From: Octopus sinensis
Lineage: Eukaryota
Length of the DNA stretch: 64,000 nt
Reading direction: 5' to 3'
Assembly: GCF_006345805.1 (NCBI RefSeq)
Contig: NC_043009.1
Location: 44,020,001-44,084,000, forward strand
A model generated the notes under the pieces. The model was not told the DNA's origin and ran no database searches. It was given only the letters and a program-made list of their open reading frames with translations. Each line of letters starts with the position of its first letter. Position 1 is the first letter of the stretch. The translations under genes were made by a program, and so were the position numbers. Of the stretch, positions 38,567 to 52,459 are shown one piece after another.

Positions 38567-38604
38567 ACAACAACAACATTTTAAGATGTTGCTGTGATGT
38601 TATC

Positions 38605-38647
<43 letters not shown>

Positions 38648-39062
38648 TATTATTATTAGCGCCGAACAAAGTGATAATCGGTATTGAAAAGCGGCATATT
38701 ACGTTCTAGTTTCGAATCATGCCAAGAGCCAACTCTATCTTTCATCATTTCGGGGTCGATAAAATTAAGTACCAGTCAAGTACCGGGAGTGATGTAATCG
38801 ACTGTTCCCCTCCCCTAAAACTGCAGTCATTGCGCCAAAATTTGAAACAATTATAGAGTACAAATACCGCGGAAGGTCAATTTTGCGTTTTATCTTTCCG
38901 GGGTCGATAAAAGAGAGTACCACGGGTACTGGGATCAATGTACTCGAGTATCCCCGCTTAACAAATTGCCGTCCTAATCTAGGCACAACCGAAAAACCTA
39001 GACAAGATCCCTGGATAGATAGACCCAAACTGCAGCCAGTCACATTTGATGGAGGCGAGCAG

Positions 39063-39285
39063 AACTCTTTTACTCTTTTACTCTTTTACTTGTTTCAGTC
39101 ATTTGACTGTGGCCATGCTGGAGCACCGCCTTTAGTCGAGCAAATCGACCCCGGGACTTATTCTTTGTACTTATTCTATCGGTTCTCTTTTGCCGAACCG
39201 CAAAGTGACGGGGACGTAAACACAACAGCATCGGTTGTCAAGCAATGCTAGGGGGACAAACACAGACACACAAACACACAGACAT

Positions 39286-39316
<31 letters not shown>

Positions 39317-39488
39317 CATATATACGACAGGCTTCTTTCAGTTTCCGTCTACCAAATCCACTCACAAGGCATTGGTCGGCCCGGGGCTATAGCAGAAGAC
39401 ACTTGCCCAAGATGCCACGCAGTGGGACTGAATCCGGAACCATGTGGTTGGTTAGCAAGCTACTTACCGTACAGCCACTCCTGCGCCT
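39063..39488 (-). mobile_element. SINE group A, full length
   Basis: Near-consensus copy with three gtaaaaga tail repeats. Confidence 0.92.
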
Positions 39489-40029
39489 ATGGTTAAGAAG
39501 GTTAAGTTTCCACATATGTGGCAGCAACAACCACTTGTTGTGGTGTTCTGTCCACAACAGAAGCTGAGGCAACATGAACCTACATTTCCCAACACCATAA
39601 ATACAAAAATAACAGCAGCATCAATAAAAACAACAACGATAACTGCTAGCACCACACACGTATCGATAAACGGGAGAGAAGTTTCGATGACTTGGAAGCT
39701 AAGGGGATATCTCCCTCCCCTTTAAAAAAAAAAAACAACTACTTAAATAACATCCAAATACACGAACCAGGCTTTTCTCTCATTAGCCCCACTCAAACGT
39801 CTTTGAATCCACGTCAAATGATGAAGAGGAGGAGAACAGGTTTGGTTTCGATCTCGTTTTCTGTGGTTAGATCGCTTCAAGCGCACACATTTGTTTGCAG
39901 GTCAAACATAATGACCACTTAATGGAATTGTTTCAACCCGCTCCCCACCACTACTACCACCATCAAGAGTGTTCTCTCTCATCGTTTGTTTTTTTAATTT
40001 TATGTTTTTGCTCTTACACCATTGCTTCA

Positions 40030-40780
40030 GAAGGTAGAGATATTGAGGGATATCCTGTCTCAACTTGAACAGGGTAAAGCTGTGTCGACCATACACGGCG
40101 AGGTCACCGGAATGGCGTCGGACACCAAAGAAATTATGATAGTCGTCATCAAACAGATGGAAGACGGGAAGGGGAGACAGGAATGCGCATCACCCCGAAC
40201 AACTCGATGAACTTGCAACTGGGCACCTTGAGAGTATAGTCTCGTATCTTAAGAGACTGAGGGTACTGTTAAGATGTTTGGATTCCGATTTTCAAGTGGG
40301 AAGGAATTAGGTCGAGGTTACGAGAAGAGTAATCAAGTCTTAATTTGAAAATAGGCTTAAAGGAACATAACCTTGAGAGATTGAGAAGGAGAGGCGAATC
40401 GCTCCCATTAATTAATACTGATTGATCGTCTTGTGTTGCCCCGGTTTTCATGTGGCCAAACTGGAGCATCTGATTTTCCGCTTCTTGGAGAAAAGATCAT
40501 TCCACTGGTAAGAATATCCATCTCTTGTCTCTGCATCATCAACTACAGTATATTAAGTTCCCCTCAGCACCCTCTACTCTTTTGATTCGAAATGGTTTAG
40601 CAGATGAGGTACAGACAAGCATTGAGGCTGAGGGTACAGCAAAGGCACAGCTTCCTAAGTAGTGAAGCTGTAGTCGTAGTTTTTCAGATAGTATTTTTGA
40701 GATTAGTGAAGACCAAAGCTAAATGTGAGATATGTGGAATGTTGTAGGCTGTTCATAGTTTTCGACCAGTTGAGCAATGC
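40030..40780 (+). pseudogene. Heavily decayed L1/Tx1-like RT fragment
   Basis: EILRDILSQLEQGKAVSTIHGEVT aligns with EALSGIPHNLGCGRTVSAYADDIT of the 50-kb LINE; KLEHLIFRFL..IPLVRISISC aligns with KLGRLLFCFLW..KPLVRRSICC. Confidence 0.55.
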
Positions 40781-42279
40781 GGTATTTATTTCAGATCACC
40801 GTATTCTGAGTTCAAATCCCACAGAAGTCGCCTTTGTTTTCATCCTGCTGAGGTCAATAAAATAAAGGGAAAATGTGGAAGAGAGAAGTGGTGGGATGGC
40901 TTGAGTATAGGTGATATCCTTCGCAGCGTTTGTTCCGGCTTTGTACGTTCTGAGTTCTTGGCTGCGAACTTAATCACTGGTTTGGGCGTATCTTTGACGG
41001 AACTCACTCTGTAGTAAACATTTGGACCAGTATGAAAATAACTTCTTCCTTTTCTTCCTCTTTCTTGGGGAGCTTAATATATAAAGACATAATATAAAGA
41101 GATGAGCACTGTTCTTAAGCGCCTAAGGGAGCGGAAGAAAAATACGATAAGGCTCTGTAGCTTTATTTTCATGATTCAAAATCATGGTTTATGGCACATT
41201 TGATCTTCTCAAAGCATGCCCAATCAAAATTTTTAATTTTTTAACGTAACACGCTAACAGCTAACAAAGTTTTGAGCGCTAGCAATTAGCTGGTCTTTAT
41301 TATTGTTTATATTTTGTTTTATTTGGGGGCGGTTTCTGGAAAATGAACTCCCAGTGAAAATTGTAAAAGTGAGTGTGAAACATCACAGCAACCAATTTCT
41401 CTTCTCGCTTTGGTTCAATGGCGCTAATCAAATGTAGTATAAATGGTTGTTGTTGATTATCAAGAAGGTCTGAGTACGAGGGTATTTTGAAAATACCTCA
41501 CGGAGCGATGACCGCTATCTGCATAGTTACGGGCTGCCCTTTGGCAAGGTATAGCACCCGTTCAGCCACCCTGCTAGGAATATGGCGAAGTCATGGGACT
41601 GCAGCATATTGGATTGTGAAGAGGTAACGGAAAAGATCAACTGAGCCAACGGTACTTTTTACATTGATTCTGAGCGGAGGAATCCTTGAACACCAACGGT
41701 CAGGATCACCAAGCACTATCAAGAGAGGAACTGCAACGCATCCATAGCAATGGCGTCCATGGTTGTGTAATCAGCCAACGAAAGATTCACTATGACTGAA
41801 GCTCCCAACTCAAATTCATAATGATGTAACTGGATGGTGATAGAGTCATGGGAATCCACGAAAACAGCGGAAAACTAATCAAGGAAGTAAATCCTTTATC
41901 ATTTATCAATTTTTTTGTTACCGAAAACTGTGTCTTTAGATTTACCTATGCTACATATCCTACAACAATGATTGTTAACCTTCTCTTTACTCCAACCCTT
42001 CTTTAGATGAAGTCAGACTTTGTAGCGTAAACATAGAGGCTTGGGGGCTTTGTTGGGAAGTACTTCTTTTTATTCCAGAATATGAATAAGATGTTGCGAT
42101 GGGGAATACATGAGAGACCTTGAAAGTGAGAGACATTGACTCTACCAACAAGCTGGTACAGAAATTAATACAAATATAATTCCGTCAAAGCCTCCAAGAT
42201 TCAGGTGCTGACATCAAAACCGGAGAAGAATCAAGTCCAAACTTATATATTTCTGAATGACTTTAAAACGAGAAGATGC

Positions 42280-42520
42280 AGTGACTAAGTGGTTACAGAA
42301 TTGCGCTTAGACTCGTTAGGCCGTTGGTTCGATTCCTAGAGTGGCTGATACGTTGTGTCTTTAAGCAAAACACTTCATTCATGTTCCTTCAGTTTCGCGA
42401 CCGAAATGAGTACCAGTCGAGTGCTTCTGCACTCCTCTCTACCTCCAGATGTCATCCTTTGGATGTTGCGCTGGAAAGAGCTGACAGAGTGTCTATGTCT
42501 ACTCGTGACTACACAGGCAC
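42280..42520 (+). mobile_element. Old tRNA-headed CORE-like SINE
   Basis: gtgactaagtggttacag...ggttcgattcc...tgtgtctttaagcaaaacacttcattcatgttcc. Confidence 0.6.
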
Positions 42521-43479
42521 CTAAAGCAATTAGTGAAAGCATGGTACAGGCTACCAAGTTATTCTCGATACCTAGTAACGGCCATAGTTTTGGGGGAGTT
42601 TTTCTTTTAACGTAAAAATGAATTTGGTGTACAGCGTTGAGTAAATAAGGTTCCTGGCCCCCTAGCCTATGACATTCGATATCAAAATACCTTACTGTAT
42701 CGATTGCAAGTCATCACCTGACATTTTCGGTGGCAAGGTTAAATAAATATCACACGTCTTTTTCCATTTGACATCTTTATCTTTCTGAGTTAACAGCTTG
42801 TTTGCGTCTATAAACGGTGCTGCTGTGACGTCACAGCGTTAAACTGTTGCGTCATAACATAAAACGCTGTCGTCATAGTTAGTGACACAAGTTCAAAATC
42901 CCAGTTTATTCTCTTTTACTCCCTCTCTCTCCCTCTTTCTCTCTCTCTTTCTTTCTTTCTTTCTCTCTCTCTCTCTCTCCCTCTCTGGCCTTTCTATTTA
43001 GTTGCTAACGCTCACATATGGTTGATCACCTGGGAAAACTCTTCAATCAAATGTTTCTTCATGTATGCCTTTATATATATATATAAATATATATATATAC
43101 ATTTATATAAATGTGTGTGTGTGCGCGTGCGTGTGATTGAGTATGTATCTTAGAGAGGAAATAAGACAGAAAGAAAAAGGGGGAAAGATAGGATGAAGAA
43201 AGAAAGAAAAAAACATAAAGAAAGACGGTAGGAGGCAAGCTATATTATTCAATCTTATCTGTGACAAGGTTACATACATTTGCCAGCTGATCTTTTTGGT
43301 GGACCGCGGTGATTGCTCCAAAAACCAAAACCTGACCTTTAAGAGGCATTGGAATTATATACATAATATATGCATAGATTATGTGTGGGGAGGGGGTGTA
43401 TGCATGCATGTCTGTATGTGTGTGTGTGTGTATATATGTATGTATTCATATTATCTACAAATATTCACACACACACATG

Positions 43480-43855
<376 letters not shown>

Positions 43856-44033
43856 GTATGAGTGTTTGTATATGTATAGGTTTGGTAGAACAGACAGTAC
43901 AAATAGAATTTTTTTAAAAACATTTGTATATGCTTCTCTGCCATTAAAAATATATAAAAATATATATCTATACACACACATATATGTGGGTGTGTACATG
44001 CATGTAAAAGTATATATACACACATAGAGACAA

Positions 44034-44070
<37 letters not shown>

Positions 44071-44163
44071 GTTAATCCCCCCCACACACACACACAAAAA
44101 AAAACGAAGAAAAAGCAACGCGAAGACGTGGTACATGCAAAGCATTAGCAGACGCTCAGGGAA
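44071..44163 (-). mobile_element. Family P1 diverged terminal fragment
   Basis: (TA)n gttaatcc...caacgcgaagacgtggtaca...gacgctcagggaa parallels 22444-22525. Confidence 0.55.
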
Positions 44164-44166
44164 TAC

Positions 44167-44201
<35 letters not shown>

Positions 44202-44533
44202 CATACATACATACATACATACATACATACATACATACATACATACATACATGCATATATGCACGTATATCTATACATACATACATAACGATGAATAGCT
44301 TTGCGTAAACCATGGTTCGTTTTGTTCTCTTACTTAATTATCATCTTATAATCATCTCATAATAATGACTTTTATGACTCGTATTACTACCTTAGTCAAT
44401 CTAAATGTATATATTTGTCGTTACCTGTCATAAATAGCCTTCTTCTATTTGCAATGTGCATTTTCGTTGATTTTTCATATTTTACCCTTACATTTCCACG
44501 TGTATTTTATATTTTCTTTTCGTAAAATTTTTC

Positions 44534-44576
<43 letters not shown>

Positions 44577-44879
44577 TTATATCTGCATTTGATTAGGAAA
44601 TTATCTACAGCTTAGATATAAGTCCTGTAAGTTTCTCATTAGTCCTCCATAGATATTCCTTACCCAAATTTTTTAAGACAGTCGCATCCGCTGTACAGCT
44701 GATTTCGACAACGATGCATAACTGTTGCTCATTTTTCCATACACCAATATCTGGCGTGGTGTACTAATATATCAGGGTGCTGTTGCTATTGGAATGTCTC
44801 GTCTCCCTTCTCTGTTGAGACTCTCGCCTTCGGCTTCCTGCAATCGTACCCGCTTTATACGTATTTCCGGTGGCATATT

Positions 44880-45275
44880 TACTCTTTAACTCTTTTACTT
44901 GGTTCAGTCATTTGACTGCGGCCATGCTGGAGCACCGCCTTTAATCGAGCAACTCGACCCTGGGACTTATTCTTTTGTAAGCCCAGTACTTATTCTATCG
45001 GTCTCTTTTGCCGAACCGCTAAGTAACGGGGACATAAACACACCAGCATCGGTTGTCAAGCAATGCTAGTGGGACAAACACACACACACACACACATACA
45101 TATACATATATACGACAGGCTTCTTTCAGTTTCCGTCTACCAAATCCACTCACAAGGCATTGGTCGACCCGGGGCTATAGCAGAAGACACTTGCTCAAGA
45201 TGCCACGCAGTGGGACTGAACCCGGAACCATGTGGTTGGTTAGCAAGCTACTTACCATACAGCCACCCTGCGCCT
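44880..45275 (-). mobile_element. SINE group A, full length
   Basis: Near-consensus copy. Confidence 0.92.
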
Positions 45276-45883
45276 ATTTGCTCAAAATTGTAAACAAAAA
45301 ATTATGAAGATAGAAAAAAACATACATTAATCTCTATTTTTGTAAGCATTTGTATGTATATAGCATGTCTGTATTTTTGTATGCAGTGTAAATTAACGAA
45401 ATATAAGCAAATGAACGAAATAGCACATGTATGGAACTGCTAATTTAACGGTAAATGCCACAATAATTATTATAGACAGACAAAGAATTTTATATTTTAC
45501 CTTGCAACCTTGCAACTGCTGCGATAATTAAACTAGTAATGGAACAGTAAATGTGTATTGTTTTAAAGGAAATAAAATAAAATTTCGTACTGACTCTGGC
45601 CAACTTGCACTTCACGCTTGTCAGTTGTTAGGTATGTATGTGTAGACGTGTGTGTGTGTGTGTTTAATAATGTACCGCATATAGTATGTCTATATTTTTG
45701 CATGCAGTGTAAATTATTACAAAAAAAAATTACATGCAACACTCCTGGGGTCTCATAGTATTACCATGTAAAATTTAATTTGATTTGGTCGAACCGTTTT
45801 AGAAAACATTGGGAACAGAGATACAAAGGATTATATATATATATATATATAATATATATATATGGGGATATACATACATATAC

Positions 45884-45914
<31 letters not shown>

Positions 45915-45960
45915 TCTATATATATATATATATATGGGTATATACATATATATATATATA

Positions 45961-46276
45961 TACTCTTTTACTTGTTTCAGTCATTTGACTGTGGCCATGC
46001 TGGAGCACTGCCTTTAGTCGACCAAATCGAACCCAGGACTTATTCTTTGTAAGCCTAGTACTTATTCTATCGGTCTCTTTTGCCGAACCGCTAAGTTACG
46101 GGGACGTAAACACACCAGCATCGGTTGTCAAGCGATGTTGGGGGGGACAAACACAGACACACACATACATACATACATACATACATACATACATTCATAC
46201 ATACATACATACATACATACATACATACATACACATACATACATACATACATCAGTTTCCGTCTACCATATCCACA
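45961..46276 (-). mobile_element. SINE group A, head-truncated
   Basis: Tail, (CATA)n, then cagtttccgtctacca. Confidence 0.88.
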
Positions 46277-46620
46277 CATGGATATGTAGTACTTGATATA
46301 TTACAGAACAGGTGTAGAGGTCAGAGATAGAACGCCTTCTGTTAGGGGTCTGCTCCATTAGGGTTGAACTCGGAGTTAAACAACAATGAAGACATGTATG
46401 CTACCATTTCTATTTTGTTTTTATTTTTGTTCTTGTGTTTTTGTTTGTTTTGTTTTTGTTTCAGAACAGTTTTTTTTTTGTTTGTTTTTTTTTTTGAAAA
46501 ATTGATCATTTCTAACGTATCCTTATAGAGGATTGATGATTAAGCATTAAAAAATATATACTCAATAAATAACATGTTTATTACATCTGGAGTAAATCCA
46601 GAAGAAACTAACTTGCATGT

Positions 46621-46821
46621 ATCTTTTATCTTTTACTTGTTTCAATCAGTAGTCTGCGGCCATGCTGGGGCGCCCGCTGCCTTGAAGAATTTTTAGTCGA
46701 ACAAATCGATCCCTCGTATTCTTTTTTTAGAGTCTAGTACTTATTGTATCGGTCTCTTTTAGACGAACCGTTAACAATAGTGGAAGACAAACACAAACAC
46801 AAACACACACACACACGCATA

Positions 46822-46865
<44 letters not shown>

Positions 46866-47121
46866 CACATATATATATATATATACGCATTGAGTCGAAC
46901 CAGGGGCAGCAGATGAAGGGGAATTTTCCTTGTATTGTTTGTCCTGTACTCTGTTTTTTCGTTGTTAAAAAAAAGTCCGTTTCCTTATTTGATTTTATGT
47001 TTTCGTTTCTCGTTGTGTTCTACGTTTATTTGTGGCGTCCTGTACTCATATATGCATGTATATATACATATAGATGTAACTATGTACATTTATGTATGTA
47101 TATACATGTATATGTTTTATT

Positions 47122-47155
<34 letters not shown>

Positions 47156-47306
47156 GATGGGCTTGCCTACGAATTCCTCTCACAAGGCGTTTGTCAGCCC
47201 GGGGCTGTAGTTAAAAACACCTGCCTAGCGTGCCATGTAATGGAACTGAACTCAGAACCATGTGGTTCGGAAGGAAACTTCTTACCACACAACCACGCTT
47301 GCACCT
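46621..47306 (-). mobile_element. Old SINE group A interrupted by a ~200-bp insertion (46888-47100) in its internal microsatellite
   Basis: Tail at 46621-46800, head at 47150-47306. Confidence 0.7.
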
Positions 47307-47594
47307 AATATGTACATGATTGACTAAAACGATCTTAAAGCGTTACATATTTGGCAAGGAAACAAATTTCACATATAGTTCATACTTTAATTGTACTTAA
47401 CAGCTGTTTCCTGAAGATAAACATCACTAAGTTTATAATTACATAATTGTGATGCGTAATTAATTTAAATGCTGTGTTTATCCAAATCCTAAAGAATGTT
47501 ATGTAATATATATATATATGCGTATTATATAAATATAAGTATGTGTGTGTGTGTACTTCATGTATATGTTGAGCTAGCTAACTCGCTAGGTGGT

Positions 47595-47635
<41 letters not shown>

Positions 47636-47636
47636 T

Positions 47637-47708
<72 letters not shown>

Positions 47709-47719
47709 TGGTAATTAAA

Positions 47720-47905
47720 AGCTCATTAATAACAAGACGTTAGAAATAACCTACAATCTTGGTGTGTTGCAAAAATCGGTTTTACTTGCAACTGCACGCA
47801 TGCTGCGTAAAATACTCTCCGCCTGAGGTCCCCGTTGTGGTTTGACACAATACACGCAATATCTTCGATCTACATCACAGTATTGGACACTGTGAAACGT
47901 CTTCA
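47720..47905 (+). pseudogene. R4/Dong-like (RLE-type) non-LTR retrotransposon 3' end
   Basis: NLGVLQKSVLLATARMLRKILSA* (stop at 47824-47826) matches the C-terminal LQK.V.L.TA.ILRK.L motif of R4/Dong elements; followed by (GAT)n. Confidence 0.7.
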
Positions 47906-48055
47906 ATGATGATGATGATGAAATGGCGGTGCCCCAGCATGGCCACAGCTCATGAGCTGAAACTAAAATCAATCAATCAATCATACGAAATAGCCCGGCT
48001 ATGGAAAATGAAGAAGGTGAAGATAGTGCTAGTTATTGTTGGGTCCTTGGTGGTG

Positions 48056-48134
<79 letters not shown>

Positions 48135-48484
48135 GCAGCAGCAGTAGCAGCATCAGTTCTACTACAACTATATCTCTAAACAATAAGAATGTTTATAAAC
48201 AAGTAAACAACAGAATTAGGATTGTTAATTTTAACAGCCAAATCTCAATGGAACAGTATAGAGTTACAACATTTATCATTGAGTCAAGATGTATGTAAAA
48301 TGAGACTTTTTTTTTCTGTCACGTGACTTCATTGTTAAGTTACGGCTACCACATTTCACGTCCCCTATCTCAGATCAATTCCGTATGTTTTGATAACAAC
48401 ATTATCAGAACACTTGTCCATTTTCATATATAAGATATTGTGACTAAAAGATATTGTGATATTTGGAAATATCTCCTTCTCTCC

Positions 48485-48544
<60 letters not shown>

Positions 48545-48682
48545 TCATCTCCCCCTCTCTCTCTCTCTCTCTCCGTTCTCCGTAAGCACACACATATATA
48601 CAATTATTTATGCATACACACGCATATTTAAGCGTATGTTTGTATTTATATGTATACTATAATCGACTTCGTTGTGTGTATT

Positions 48683-48713
<31 letters not shown>

Positions 48714-48788
48714 CACATTGTATGTATGTATATATATATATATACACACACATTGTATTATGTATATACATATATATATATATATATA

Positions 48789-48838
<50 letters not shown>

Positions 48839-49099
48839 CGTTTTTGGTTTTGGTTTGCAAGATTCTTTATGTCAATTCGTGTGTTGAAGCATATTTTATT
48901 GTGTCTGGGGAGAGTCATTCTCTTTTTGTGCCTTATTATATAACACACTCACCGGTTCGAATTCCACTCATTCACTTATTTATTTTTCCTAAAATTTTCG
49001 TTGCGTCTTGCAACCTTTTCAAAAGTCGGTGAGCTCTGATAACGGACAGGGTCAACGACTGAGTGGAAATCGAACCGGTGAGTGTGTTAAATAAGGCAC

Positions 49100-52020
49100 T
49101 TTTTTTTTTGTTTTTGTTTTTTCGCCATGAAAGTTTGAATACAGAGGGGACAATACAGGACAGACAAATATGGGGTCGCATAAAGATATGGGGGTAAAAA
49201 TTAGATGGAAATCGATGGATAATGAGTATGGAGAATAAGATGAAGTTAGAGACGTGAGGACCCAACAAGCCACGTACCTTCACTGGACTTTTTGGAAGCC
49301 TGGGTGTTCGCGCTCAAGTTGACTCGTTCATTCGTATCAAGCGCGCCACTTCCTCCCTCTTGCTGCAAATTTACGCGGTGATCTATTATACCAAGGCTGG
49401 AGAGAAAAATGCCTGTTGCGATTACTCTCACACGTGTCAGCCATACGACCTCCTTCGCTATAGCCACAAAGTTCCGTCTTTCCTTGTTGAGAAAAGACGG
49501 TGGAACAATCTTGATAATGGACTCGGTTGATAGCTGTACTCTTCCCGTGCATGACAGCAGGTGTTCGACATTAACCCATAGCTCTGATATCCGTGGGCAC
49601 TGCACAATCGCGTACAGAACAGTTTCACTGCTCTGCTCGCATCTCGGGTATGTCGGCGTGGTGGAACTACCGTGTCTGAAGAGTTTATCTCGAACGGGCA
49701 ATCCCCTCGGTATCACTACCAGGCTAAGGATTTCTGCTAGTTGTCCATAGGCCCTGACCCGAAAGTCCTCCGGAACAGTATGGCAAATGACCATCATCGA
49801 AACCCAGGACGACATCACACTTGCCCGCTACTAACCCTCTATAGAAAGACGAGGTGGAACCCCCGCTGCTCGCTTTGCTCGTTTGAGAGAGAAGCAAGAG
49901 GGCCTGACGGCACTCTGCTTGCCAAGTACCCAACCTAGGTCTACGCCTGATCCACGGGTTCAGCTAACTAAAGGAGGTGAACTGTGGAAAAACAAGTTCA
50001 ACGAATGGCTACCACACCTGCACGCCGTCTAGGTAAAGCGAGAGGTGTCTCAGCTTCAGCGCATGCCTGCGCATCTTTAACCAACGCTTCCCCCCCCCCA
50101 TTTAGTGGCAGTTGACAGCAGATAGAACGTCTGACCAGTGGTTTCCTGCCCCTCCACAAAAAGCAGAAGAGCAGGCGTCCCAGCTTGAGCAGCCTTGAAT
50201 CCGAGCAAGGCACAACGGTTAGGCGGTAGGTGATGACAGATGCGATAAACACATTTTCCACCTCCGCCCTCCCTTTCAAAGACAGCTTTCTCTCAGCCCA
50301 TTTCTAGGTGAGATTGGCTACTCTGCTCGTAACCTCGTCCCAGTTTCTCTCTATCTGGAGATCTGGTCCAAACTAGACCCTATCCGTCCGTTCAACGTCC
50401 CACGACGTTCTTGAGCGGCATCGGCCTGCCTCTCCATGTGCCGTGTAGCAGGTCGACTGTCTTATCCTGGTTTATTTTTGCTCTCGTCACCACTTCGTAA
50501 TCCTTCATGGCACCACCTACTTGTTGCAGGTGCTTGTCACTGGATACGGTGACGGTGATGTCGTCCGCATACGCTGACACTGTCCTTCCGCACCCTAGAT
50601 TATGCGGGATGCCACTCAGAGCCTCCATTTTCTGTAGTAATGGCTCCAGGGCCAGAACAAACAGAAGGGAGGAGAGCGGACATCCTTGGCGAACCAAACG
50701 CTTAATGGAGAACAGCTCTGAACGAAATCCGTTCACCCGAGCGACTGACTGAATGTTGCTGTAAAGAGCGATATACTTTGGCTAAAATCTTCAGCTCTAC
50801 GTTGAGCAGAGTGACGGGCTTGAAATTATCTAAGGAGTCCCCCTTTTTTGGATCCTTTCTTAGCAGCACCATGACTCCCTGGCTTACAGAACTAGGAATG
50901 CTCCCATTCTGCTGTCAGTTAGCCTAAATGCTACCAATAGGTGTCCAAACAAGTCTGGCATGTTGTAATAAAATTCGTAGCGTAGACCATCTATCCCCGG
51001 CGACTTGTCCCCGACGCAGCCCGATAGGGCCTCTTCCTCCTCCGCAGCTGTGATCGACTCTTCACAGCACTCCGCTTCTCGGCTCGAGAGTCGCAGCATG
51101 TCGGATGCACTGCCTGCCCTCATTGCCTCTTCTAATGACCTGACTAATTTCCTTTCTACTCTATTTTTCTTAAGAACTACATCTTTGCTAAACCTAAATG
51201 ACTCAAATTTTATGGCTCTTTTGAGGGTGTACCACCAGTTCAAATGATGCTTGTTAACACCCTCTGGACTAACTTCCTAATCCGGTTACTGTAAGCATTA
51301 CAGGCTAGGAGTGATTTGTTTAGCTTCCATTAACCGGAGTCCAGGCTAGGAAAGCCAGCTAAGTCTACCCTACAGGTCACGAATTTGTGATCTGTGTAGG
51401 TAACAATACTGAATTGTGGACAACTAAAACTATTGTTGTCAGTTACTCTAATAACTACCCTGTCTAAGAATACCTAGAAGACCCGTCGCTATTAGCCCAT
51501 ATCCACGTTGGATATGGGCTAATAGTAATCCAATCTATATCGTCAGCCAGCTGGAAGCAGCGGGTCAGATTTGTGAGGCAAGAGTTCCCCTTTCTATTAG
51601 AATTTGAGCCAACACAATCTACACGTGTATCTAAGACTGTGTTAAAGTCAACTATTACGACTAAAGTGTGTGACGTTCCCAGGAAGTTCTCTAGTTGTCT
51701 GAAGTAGTCAGACTGTCCAGTTGCACATGGTGCATAGACAGCTGTCACTCTGAAGGCATTGCAGCTGTTATACGTCACGTCAAAGACGACTAGTCTGCCC
51801 TCCGGGTCCACAACGATTGTTCTCATCTCTAAATCCAAAATTTTCCTGAATAAGACCGCAATTCCCCACCCATTCCCACCCCCAAACGGGCATGGATAAT
51901 TTGTATTTCTCGTAGCCATTGAGGAGGGGCGAGAAAGCCCGCGGCCCATTCAGATTTGTTTCCCTAGTGACTATTACATCCAGGTTCCGTGACCTGAGAT
52001 CATTTAGAAAGCGACCTTGC
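49100..52020 (-). pseudogene. 5'-truncated, frameshifted L1/Tx1-clade LINE ORF2 (APE endonuclease, RT, C-terminal Zn-finger region) with A-rich tail
   Basis: GIAVLF..DPEGRLV..VYAP..IVDFN (APE); KSPGIDGL.YEFY, FKPVTLLNVELKILAK, VRQGCPLS.LLF.LALEPL and AYADDI (RT); PRCEQSSETVLYAIVQC; internal deletions and stop codons; A-rich tail at 49100-49122. Confidence 0.95.
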
Positions 52021-52075
52021 TTCCAATTCCACCTTTATACTCATACATATATACACGCATAATTCATATATACAT

Positions 52076-52120
<45 letters not shown>

Positions 52121-52459
52121 TGTGTATGTTTGTGTGTCACTAAATTATTCATTCATATTTGTTGTTTGCATAAATTGTTCAGTGGTAGAACCAACAATGT
52201 TACTTCAAGCCCCGACTTCAACTTCTTATAGGGACGAAAATTTTCGAGGAATCTTGCCGGTAGTAATATCATTGATATCATATATATTATATTATATAAC
52301 TAAACTGCGGTCTGTAAACTTTACAGAGTGTTTCTTCATTCCTTAAGCATAAACCATAAATATGAAAAAAACTTTTAATATATCTGTGAATTGCAGTCAA
52401 TTTCGATGCTGCAGGTTCAATAGTAATTCAGGAAAATAAGAGTTGACGAAATTTCTCTA

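Noticed and set aside
41480-42260. Possible 5' end or ORF1 remnant of an I/Nimb-like LINE (WMVIES...KEVNP)
   Set aside because: Similarity too short and frameshifted to support by eye
49409-49750. Plus-strand ORFs over the LINE and minus-strand ORF 52646-53014 over the Tc1
   Set aside because: Antisense shadows of transposon coding sequence
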